Source of the DNA: a virus
Virus record (IMG/VR): IMGVR_UViG_3300049433_000139
Coordinates: 1-64,000 of that record
Reading direction: 5' to 3' (one strand)
DNA: 64,000 nt
Under the pieces are notes generated by a model. It was not told the DNA's origin and made no database searches. It saw only the letters and a program-made list of their open reading frames with translations. This document shows, in pieces, positions 56,328-64,000 of this stretch. Position 1 is the stretch's first letter. Each line of letters opens with the position of its first letter. Made by a program: the position numbers and the translations under genes.

Positions 56328-57593
56328 ATGGATGACGCGGACGGATTTAGAATCGAAGCCGCCGAGCAGTTTGGTTTTATAGCGACCGACCCTGGAGCGG
56401 GCGCTTATGACGGAACGTATGCGTGCAGCGTTCAACAAGTAATCGCATTTGCCAAGGCGTGCGAGCGCGCGGGGATGGCGGCTGCACTGAAACTTGTGCG
56501 GATCACGGCGCAAGGTGGAAGAGATATCAAGATAAATGCCGCTCCTATCGCGCTCGACGTAATTTCCGGCGTGTTGGAGCATGCGGTTTGGAAAACGGAC
56601 GCGGAACTGGCGCCGATTCTGGCCGCCGAGGAAGCGCGGTTTATGACGGCGCAGGGATACGTTCGCGCCGCAGATGATCAGCCCGGCGCACGATGGATAA
56701 AGCCCGAATCGAAATGTGACGGATGCATTCCTGCATCGGTAGTGCCATCCGAATGCGTTGGCTGCGGACAAAATCCGGCCGACCCGCCGTCGAAACTTTG
56801 CCCCGGCTGTCAAGCCTACCGGGAGCATACCACATGTTCGTAACTGTAGTAGCCGTGCTCTGTCTTTCCACCGGCCTCTGCGTCGAGGAAATCGTCACCG
56901 ATTCCAACCTCGAACCCACGCTTTCCTTTTCCTCCTGCCTTTCGGGAGCGCAAGCGCCGCTCGCCAAGTGGAAAGGCGAACATCCGGTGTATCGTTCTGC
57001 GGCGTATCGGATTGAGAAGTACCGGTGTGTGCCGGGGCATTACGAAATACGGGGACGGGTCTGATGCTTCCCCTTAGCGAAATTGAAGTTACGCAATTGC
57101 GCCGGCTCATGAACGGCGAAAACATTTGTTCAAGTGATCGCCCTACTGATCGCGCGCGGACACGATTGAAACGGTTGGGTTATGTCCAATTTGATCGCAG
57201 TGCGTGGCTGTGGCGAATTACCGCTGCGGGACGGGAACATCTTGCGGCTTTGGACTCGCGCCTCGCCTGCGAATACTGCGGCCCCGGCAAGCGAACAGGA
57301 CTGCCCGGCAACGCTTGCGAAAATTGCATGAATGCGGGACTTAAGAACCCGACAGCGGAGGATTTGAAATGACCGAAACAGAGTATTTAGAACGCAAGCC
57401 TGATCGCACCATTGAGGAAACCGCCAAACTGCTTCGGTTGCGCCTAAAAGGCGACGACACCGCTGATGATGCAAGGCTTTTCATTGCGTATCGCGAATCT
57501 GGAGCGTTTCGTCGAGTGCTTGCGGACGGAATCACGGGCATCGACATTCGCCGTCTTTGTGACGCTGTACTTGGACCGGAGCCGCAGCCATGA
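56328..57593 (+). other. Four small hypothetical CDSs (56328-56843, 56834-57064, 57064-57372, 57369-57593)
   Basis: Overlapping ORFs, several with CxxC ends. Confidence 0.55.
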
Positions 57594-58732
57594 ACGCGCA
57601 CATCGACCCCAACGCCGCTCATGCCGTTTACGCCCCTTCAAGCGCGCACCGCTGGACCGTCTGCACCGCGAGCGCCACGGCGATTGCCGCCATGCAGCGG
57701 GTCGTGACGCTGGACGAACACGAGGCCGCAGAAAACGGGACTGCGGCGCATGACGAAATCGAGCGCATATTGGGGCAGTTTAACGGCCAGATAGTCGAGC
57801 CGGAAGCCCTCAGAGCTGCGGCGGCCGATTTGCTCGATTTCGATCACCCCGCCGCTTACGGCATCGCGCTTACGATCAACTATGTTGCGGGCCTTCCCGC
57901 CGGCCGCGTTTGGATTGAACAGCGTGTTGCGCTTACGGACCAGATTTGGGGCCGCTGTGACATTGCCCATTGGCACGAAGATTCGGAAACGCTTACCATC
58001 GTGGACTATAAAAATGGGTTTGTCGGCGTCGACGCCGAAGAAAACGAGCAGCTCCGAATCTACGGCGCCGCGTCGATTTACACACATCGCCTCGTTGCCG
58101 CGCAGTGGATCCGGTACGCAGTAGTGCAGCCGAACGATTTCATGCCAGGGCCGCGCGTCAAGCAGTGGGTGGAAAGTGCTACGGACCTGTTTGCATGGGC
58201 GGAAAAGACTGCCGCCATCCCACGCGGGCCGCTCGTTTTTAAGTTCGGCCCGAGCCAATGCCGCGATTGCCCTTTGCTTGGAACGTGCGCGCCGACAAAG
58301 GACGTACTGGCGCAATTCGCCGCAGTGGTCGCTACCGGCACCGACCCGACGCCCGCGCAGATACCGCTTTTCGTGGCGCTCAAAAAACCCATAGACCATT
58401 TCTTTGAAGGGCTGATGAAAAACGGCACCAAGAAAGCCTTGGCGGGGTCCGTTCCGCCGGGCATGAAACTGGTCACCGCCGTGAAGCATCGGCAGTGGAA
58501 ATCGGAGGCCGATGCGCGGGCCGCCGTGCTTGCTGCGAAGGGCGTCGAGGCGCTGAAACCGCCGACGCCGGCACAAGCGGAGGATATGGGAATCGACATA
58601 TCGGGACTTGCGGACAAGCCCGAGGGCGGCCCGGCGCTGGCGTTTGAGTCGGATAAGCGGAAACCTTGGGCTAGGAAGGGCGTCGACGAGATGTTCAAGG
58701 GCGTGGCGGATTTGACGGGAGGTGGGAAGTGA
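57590..58732 (+). CDS. DUF2800 / Cas4-like PD-(D/E)XK nuclease
   Basis: HA..PSSAHRW.C..GTAAH..EQRV..GRCD..DYKNG..QL.IY..QC..CP. Confidence 0.85.
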   Translation: MNAHIDPNAAHAVYAPSSAHRWTVCTASATAIAAMQRVVTLDEHEAAENGTAAHDEIERILGQFNGQIVEPEALRAAAADLLDFDHPAAYGIALTINYVAGLPAGRVWIEQRVALTDQIWGRCDIAHWHEDSETLTIVDYKNGFVGVDAEENEQLRIYGAASIYTHRLVAAQWIRYAVVQPNDFMPGPRVKQWVESATDLFAWAEKTAAIPRGPLVFKFGPSQCRDCPLLGTCAPTKDVLAQFAAVVATGTDPTPAQIPLFVALKKPIDHFFEGLMKNGTKKALAGSVPPGMKLVTAVKHRQWKSEADARAAVLAAKGVEALKPPTPAQAEDMGIDISGLADKPEGGPALAFESDKRKPWARKGVDEMFKGVADLTGGGK

Positions 58733-60129
58733 CCATAACCGGAGACGACCTTATCCGATGGGGATACACCCCCGGCCCGTGGTTCAAGGCTGCGATCGCG
58801 CACGCCGCAACTCTGCCGGACCTTGACGAAGCGGACATGCGCGCCGCCCTTTCCCGCTTCGCACCCGCTCCTGTCGTGTTTCAAACAAGGCGCGAATCGG
58901 GCGCGCTCCCGTTCCACGTCAATCTTGAAGCGGACACACCCGACGAAGTAGCCAACGCCGCGGCGGTTGCCGAGCACATGGCGGAGCTGATGCGCGTGCC
59001 CACCATCCGCGCGGGCGCTGTGATGCCAGATGCGTGCCCGGCCGGCTCGGCTAAAGGCACAATTCCCGTTGGTGGCATTGTTGCAGCGGAGAACGCTATC
59101 CATCCTGGTTACCATTCGGCGGATATTTGCTGCTCAATGGCTATTTCCATTTTCGAAAGTGGCACGGACCCCGGCGCGGTGCTCGACGCAGGCATGAAGT
59201 TGTCGCACTTCGGCGCGGGCGGTCGACCGCACAGCCACGATATGCGCCCATCCGATTTGCTTCTTTCGCAGTTCGAAAGCAACCGCTTTCTTTCGACCAC
59301 AACGGAGGCGGCAACGCGTCATTTCGGAACGCAGGGTGACGGGAATCATTTTTTCTACGTCGGCGTAGTGAAGTCCACAGGACAAGTCGCGCTTGTCACG
59401 CATCACGGCTCGCGCAAACCGGGCGCACTGCTCTACAAGGCGGGTATGGCAGTGGCGGAACGCGAAACCAGGAAGATCGCGCCCTCGGTGCCGAAGCATC
59501 AGGCATGGATTGTTGCCGATTCGGACGAAGGGCAGGACTACTGGAAAGCGCTACAGATCATTCGCACCTGGACAAAAAAGAATCACTTCGTCATTCACGA
59601 CGCGGTGACCAAGTACGTTGGCACGCGCGTAAAGGATCGATTCTGGAACGAGCACAATTTCGTTTGGCAAAAGTCAGATGGTCTCTTTTATCACGGTAAG
59701 GGCGCAACGCCCGCGTTCCCCTATTTCGCGCCGGATACGAACGGTCTCACGTTGATTCCCATGAATATGGCCGAACCGATCCTAATCACGCGCGGCCTTG
59801 ATGCACCGAATGGGTTGGGTTTCTCGCCTCACGGCGCCGGCCGTAACTTGAGCCGTACCGGGTTCAAGCGTCAGTTGGGGAACCATGCGGACGAGGCGGC
59901 ATTACACACGGCGGCCGGTCTCGTTCCCGGTATCGACGCGCGGTGGTTTTCGGGAACGCCGGATACTAGCGAAATGCCTGGCGCATACAAAAACGCCGCG
60001 AGTGTCCGGCGGCAGATAGCCACGTTCGGATTGGCTGAAATCGTCGACGAAGTGATGCCATATGGTTGCATCATGGCCGGGGAAGTCGACTGGCGGCGCG
60101 CGGGAAAAGAGATGGGAGCGGATGCATGA
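58729..60129 (+). CDS. rtcB: RtcB family RNA ligase
   Basis: MPDAC, IPVG, DICCS, GTQGDGNHF, HHGSR, HN, KGA, HGAGR, PGAYK. Confidence 0.92.
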   Translation: MTITGDDLIRWGYTPGPWFKAAIAHAATLPDLDEADMRAALSRFAPAPVVFQTRRESGALPFHVNLEADTPDEVANAAAVAEHMAELMRVPTIRAGAVMPDACPAGSAKGTIPVGGIVAAENAIHPGYHSADICCSMAISIFESGTDPGAVLDAGMKLSHFGAGGRPHSHDMRPSDLLLSQFESNRFLSTTTEAATRHFGTQGDGNHFFYVGVVKSTGQVALVTHHGSRKPGALLYKAGMAVAERETRKIAPSVPKHQAWIVADSDEGQDYWKALQIIRTWTKKNHFVIHDAVTKYVGTRVKDRFWNEHNFVWQKSDGLFYHGKGATPAFPYFAPDTNGLTLIPMNMAEPILITRGLDAPNGLGFSPHGAGRNLSRTGFKRQLGNHADEAALHTAAGLVPGIDARWFSGTPDTSEMPGAYKNAASVRRQIATFGLAEIVDEVMPYGCIMAGEVDWRRAGKEMGADA

Positions 60130-60347
60130 CCAAGCGCCTCGACGTTCACGGATACCCGAACAATATGAGGGGTAAACGACCGCGCGAACCGCTGGTGCAT
60201 CTGCTAGCCACTGACGAATACGGCGGCGTGGGGAGCATCACGTTTCATCCGAGTCGCGCGGCTGCGGTCGTCAAAGCCATTCCCAACGCGGCTAAATCAG
60301 CCACGGCCGGCCGACGCAACCGAGTTACGAGAGTTTCTTTAGAATAG
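60126..60347 (+). CDS. Small basic hypothetical protein
   Basis: ATGA-coupled to rtcB. Confidence 0.5.
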   Translation: MTKRLDVHGYPNNMRGKRPREPLVHLLATDEYGGVGSITFHPSRAAAVVKAIPNAAKSATAGRRNRVTRVSLE

Positions 60348-60377
60348 TGTTGACTTTTCCCAAATACGCCGTAAGTT
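60347..60377 (+). promoter_or_regulatory. Phage promoter/operator cassette, copy 17 (before SSB)
   Basis: GTGTTGACTTTTCCCAAATACGCCGTAAGTT. Confidence 0.7.
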
Positions 60378-60414
60378 AGCATTTCCACGCAACCGTTACA
60401 ACTGGAGTCTCAAA

Positions 60415-61368
60415 ATGAACGCCCCGACCCCGCAAGCCAAATATGAACGCAGCGCTCCGCAATCTTTGATGCGTGAAATTCGAATCGCTTATCCTTATCT
60501 CCACGAAAAGCGCGAGAAAAATTCCGCCGGTGTTCCATTCGTATATGGTGCCAAACATCCTAAGGCCGGTCAGCCCCACCCCCGCTACAGTGCAACGCTT
60601 ATGTTCCCGAAGCTGGCCGCCGACGCGTCGCAATGTGCCAACTACATGTTTCTTTGGGGCATCGCTCAGGAGGCTGCTAAAAAATTGTGGCCGACAAGCG
60701 TTGATGCAGCGGGCAATTGGCTTTGGCCAGTCGGCGCGCAGTACGCCGTCAAGGACGGAGATGTGCCGTTCGTGTCGAAACCGAAGCCGGGCGTGCCCGC
60801 GCCGACGGCGGAAGAGACTGCGAAAAAGAACGCGTGGCGCCGTGGATATTGGATTGTTGAAGTGGAAAATTTCCTCGATCCTGGACCGAGGGTTGCGAAA
60901 ATTATCAACGGCGTTGAAGAAGAATTGCCTGCGAAAACAGTCAACGGAATCGTGCAGTACAAAGGTGGCGACTTCGGTGTCGTGAACATCCACGCTTGGT
61001 CTTACGAAAACGCTACTTTCGGTGTCAACTTCGGCTTCGACGGATTCTGTTTCACGCGTGAAGGCGAAGCGATCGGCAATTCCGGAGGCCCTCGCTCGGT
61101 GGCGCAGATGTTCACGGGCGTGGCTGGGATGGCTCCGCCGGTCGGCACTGCGGCTCCGGGTGCGGGTCCGGTCCAGGGCGGGCCACCGATGCCTCCCGTT
61201 GTGCCTGTCTACGCCCCGCAGCCTCAAGCCCCGGTTGCTCCCGTCTACGCCGCAGCTCCGCCCACCGCACCCGCTCCGCCCGCTCCGCCCGCTCCGCCCG
61301 CTCCGCCCATGCCTCCCGGCGCGATGGCACCGGCCGCGCCTGCGCTGCCGCCGTTCCCCGGCAGGTAG
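60415..61368 (+). CDS. DUF2815-like ssDNA-binding protein with Pro-rich tail
   Basis: RIAYPYL..RYSATLMFPK..KDGD..GVNFG..GEAIG; GGAG RBS. Confidence 0.75.
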   Translation: MNAPTPQAKYERSAPQSLMREIRIAYPYLHEKREKNSAGVPFVYGAKHPKAGQPHPRYSATLMFPKLAADASQCANYMFLWGIAQEAAKKLWPTSVDAAGNWLWPVGAQYAVKDGDVPFVSKPKPGVPAPTAEETAKKNAWRRGYWIVEVENFLDPGPRVAKIINGVEEELPAKTVNGIVQYKGGDFGVVNIHAWSYENATFGVNFGFDGFCFTREGEAIGNSGGPRSVAQMFTGVAGMAPPVGTAAPGAGPVQGGPPMPPVVPVYAPQPQAPVAPVYAAAPPTAPAPPAPPAPPAPPMPPGAMAPAAPALPPFPGR

Positions 61369-61828
61369 GACCACGAAATACAGCGCGGGCTTGGTTTGGC
61401 GTACCCGCGTTGTTGTAGAGGTTGGGGATACCTCGGAAAAACCTCTAGGGGCCAGGCGAGTGCGGAACGTGCAAACCGCAATTTACCGGCCCTCAATCCT
61501 TAAAGCCTGAGCGGCCGGGGCTTTGTACCGGCCAGCGAAACGCAATCACGGAGCGACGATCGCAGCGGCAGTAAAGTGGAGACACAGAAACACTCGTCTC
61601 TTAGGAGACCGGCAACAGAAACGACGTCACACGGGCCAAACAATATCCGGAACATTGACCATCAGTCGTCGCCCGGCGCTGCGCAACTTGCTACCGAATT
61701 CAACGGACGCGCTCCACATATCAGGGGACTATTCGTAAGGTGCTCCGCCCAACGCAACACCAATTTCCACGCGACCGGCTGCGCGGCGCCGGCATATCAA
61801 GCCGCGCGAACTTTAAGGGGTATGAGAT
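61369..61828 (+). ncRNA. Candidate structured intergenic RNA
   Basis: About 460 nt of consecutive stems (see findings); overlapping ORFs unconvincing. Confidence 0.4.
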
Positions 61829-62362
61829 ATGAAGCGCGTCAAGCGAGTCGTTGCCCGAAGTGATCGTGGCGAAATTCACATCGCAATCACGGTCAAGAGC
61901 ACGTGGGGTCTGACACGAGGCGAGGTCGATACCGTCACAACGGCATTGGCCGACGACGCCATGCGCTCGATTGCCGGCGTTCGGTATTTGGCCGTTCCTT
62001 TGTCCAAGATCGTTGTGGAGTAGCAGCAATGTCCGTTCCCGACGTATTCGGTTTGCATAGTCCACCGATGCCTACAGAGCGCGAGATAGACGCGGGCGCG
62101 GACGTGTTGCGCCATCGGCAGATGGGTGGCCGCGTCCTGATGCCGTGGGATAAGCTTTCCAATTCGGTCAAACGCAAATGGCGCGAACACGCAGAAGCCG
62201 TGTTGAACGCCGCGCGGCAGGCGAGGTAGCAACGTGCCCGGCAATCTTGTTGCGATCGTCATTTTTCTTTTGCTCGGGTCGTGTTCCGCAAGCATCGTGG
62301 CGACACGCATTCATTGTGAAATCACAGGCGTTGAATCCGACTGTCCGCATTGGGTTCATTGA
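61829..62362 (+). other. Three small hypothetical CDSs (61829-62023, 62029-62229, 62234-62362)
   Basis: Closely spaced short ORFs; the last is a 42-aa hydrophobic peptide. Confidence 0.5.
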
Positions 62363-62769
62363 TGACCACGGCCCGCGTCTTAGTCTGCGGCGGTCGCGAC
62401 TACGCGAATAGGGCGCGACTGTACGCGGTGCTTGACCACTATCACCTGGAAAGCGGCGGCTTCTCTTGCCTGATACACGGCGCTGCCAAGGGCGCGGATT
62501 TGCTCGCCGCAGAGTGGGCCGCAGCGCGCGGAGTACCGCCCATTCCATTCCCCGCTGCGTGGACCGATCTTGAGACGCAGCCCGTGGTGACCCGCCATAG
62601 GCGCGATGGCACTGCTTACAATGTTCTGGCTGGTTCGATTCGAAACACAAAGATGCTGCGGGAGGGCCGCCCCACGGTAGTGATTGCGTTTCCAGGTGGG
62701 ACCGGAACGGCGGACATGGTGCGCAAGGCTCACATGGCGAAAGTTCCGGTGTTGGAGATTCCGGCGTGA
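62362..62769 (+). CDS. SLOG-family protein (DUF2493/YspA-like)
   Basis: RVLVCGGRDY..IHGAAKGAD..AGSIRN.KML..FPGGTGTADMV. Confidence 0.88.
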   Translation: MTTARVLVCGGRDYANRARLYAVLDHYHLESGGFSCLIHGAAKGADLLAAEWAAARGVPPIPFPAAWTDLETQPVVTRHRRDGTAYNVLAGSIRNTKMLREGRPTVVIAFPGGTGTADMVRKAHMAKVPVLEIPA

Positions 62770-63053
62770 CGCAAACCACAGTCGTCAACGTCCGATACTC
62801 AAAGTGCGACGTTCGGATCGATCGCAGCGGACCCTATGGGAATCGCTACATCATTGGCCAGCACGGCAATCGCTCCACTGTGATTGAGAAGCACGATCGG
62901 GACTGGCGGGCGATGCTTGCAGACCCGACGACGCGCGACCAGGCCCTTGCGTGCCTGCAATACATGAAAGGTAAAAGGCTCGGCTGCCATTGCAAGCCGC
63001 TGGCGTGTCACGGCGACACCTATTTGGCGCTGATCGCGGAGTGGTGTCCGTGA
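62766..63053 (+). CDS. DUF4326 protein
   Basis: IDRSGPYGN..GKRLGCHCKPLACHGD. Confidence 0.85.
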   Translation: MTQTTVVNVRYSKCDVRIDRSGPYGNRYIIGQHGNRSTVIEKHDRDWRAMLADPTTRDQALACLQYMKGKRLGCHCKPLACHGDTYLALIAEWCP

Positions 63054-64000
63054 CCATCTCGCTAGACCACGCCATCGTCTACGATATTGAAACCCCCGAA
63101 CCGAGGGTTTTCACTTTCCATTGCGTCGGACTGTTCAACGACACAGATATGATTTTTGAAATTTCTTGCTATCGCGACGATCGTGTTGCGCTGCTCGCCT
63201 GGTTTGAATACTGGCGCGAGCACGAAACACCGATGATCGGTTTCAATAACCTCGCATTTGACTACCCTGTCATCCACTTTATATGGCAAAATCAGCATTG
63301 TTCTGTTGAAGAAATTTACGAAAAAGCGCAACAACAACTCCACGATCACACACTGTTTGCAATAGTTTGGCAGTCGGATCGATTCGCGCCGCAAATCGAT
63401 TTATATAAAATGTTTCATTTTGATAATCATGCGAAGCGCACGAGCCTCAAGGCGTTGCAATTCGCCATGCGCTCCGATTCAGTAATGGAAATGCCTATTC
63501 CGTTCGGTGTCCCGTTGTCTGACACGGATGTGTTAAACGTTCTAATTCCCTACAATCGCCACGATGATACAGAAACCAAAAAATTTGCGCTCTACAATCT
63601 CGACGCCATCAGGTTTCGAATCGCGTTGTCTGAAACCCTGCGCGGCGATGTGGTCAACTTTAACGACTCAAAACTCGGCTCTAAAATCCTTGAACAGCGA
63701 CTTGGTGACGAGGTTTGTTATACGTGGGAGTCCGGCCGCAAAGAGCCGCGGCAGACGATTCGCGATCGTATTCCCTTGGCAGATATCATCTTTCCTTACG
63801 TCGAATTTCAGAACGCCGAGTTCCGGCGTATCCTCGATTGGATGCGCGGCCAGGTGCTTTCAGCCGACGAGCTGACAGAGACAATCCGCACCAAGGGCGT
63901 CTTTACTGGCGTCAAGGCGGCGGTCGGCGGAATCGATTTCCACTTCGGCACGGGTGGCATTCATGGCTCGGTTGAAGCGAGTCGGTGGAAAGCCAACGCG
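63050..64000 (+). CDS. Phage DNA polymerase, N-terminal exonuclease region (partial; not in ORF track)
   Basis: Own translation from GTG 63050: YDIET..GFNNLAFDYP..QIDLYKMFHFDN..TSLKAL..YNRHD..FGTGGIHGS, open to the window end. Confidence 0.85.
   Translation, partial: MTISLDHAIVYDIETPEPRVFTFHCVGLFNDTDMIFEISCYRDDRVALLAWFEYWREHETPMIGFNNLAFDYPVIHFIWQNQHCSVEEIYEKAQQQLHDHTLFAIVWQSDRFAPQIDLYKMFHFDNHAKRTSLKALQFAMRSDSVMEMPIPFGVPLSDTDVLNVLIPYNRHDDTETKKFALYNLDAIRFRIALSETLRGDVVNFNDSKLGSKILEQRLGDEVCYTWESGRKEPRQTIRDRIPLADIIFPYVEFQNAEFRRILDWMRGQVLSADELTETIRTKGVFTGVKAAVGGIDFHFGTGGIHGSVEASRWKANA

Larger units (their letters stand above)
3495..64000. mobile_element. Temperate siphovirus-like prophage integrated at tRNA-Tyr (right end beyond window)
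   Basis: Complete terminase-portal-capsid-tail-lysis modules plus replication genes, starting directly after the tRNA. Confidence 0.95.

Noticed and set aside
5300-60377. Repeated motif as a CRISPR array or REP element
   Set aside because: Copies are mostly kilobases apart, strand-polarised and promoter-shaped; no spacers or cas operon (DUF2800 is a common phage nuclease)
61502-61560. Hammerhead ribozyme-like CTGA..stem..GAAAC
   Set aside because: Core reads CUGAGCG rather than CUGAnGA, and no stem III/NUH cleavage triplet or stem I could be built

Overview
Alphaproteobacterial (Bradyrhizobium/Nitrobacteraceae-like) chromosome. Bases 1-3494 are host: a partial Omp25/RopB-type outer-membrane protein, two secreted hypothetical proteins, a TrmH/RlmB methyltransferase and tRNA-Tyr(GTA). 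From about 3495 to the window end is one large siphovirus-like prophage (>60 kb, apparently intact) integrated at the tRNA-Tyr 3' end; its integrase and attR are not in the window. The minus-strand arm (about 55360 down to 3658) carries SNF2 helicase, two DNA methyltransferases, Prim-Pol/VapE primase, homing endonucleases, many small early genes, a late activator, terminase, head, tail, several receptor-binding proteins, lysis and nucleotide genes. Three plus-strand morons interrupt it. The plus-strand arm (from 55601) carries DUF2800 nuclease, RtcB, DUF2815 SSB, SLOG, DUF4326 and DNA polymerase. The most notable signals are non-coding. (1) About 17 copies of a promoter/operator cassette (TGTTGACT-TTTTGCAAAT-N6-TAnnTT) lie across early and late regions, always in the direction of transcription. 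(2) The divergence point has no cI/cro pair but encodes a stand-alone integrase arm-type DNA-binding protein. (3) Two long, densely base-paired intergenic RNAs are predicted: a ~590-nt late leader with a possible pseudoknot, and ~460 nt downstream of the SSB gene in the RtcB arm. All protein calls are from motif recognition by eye, not database searches.
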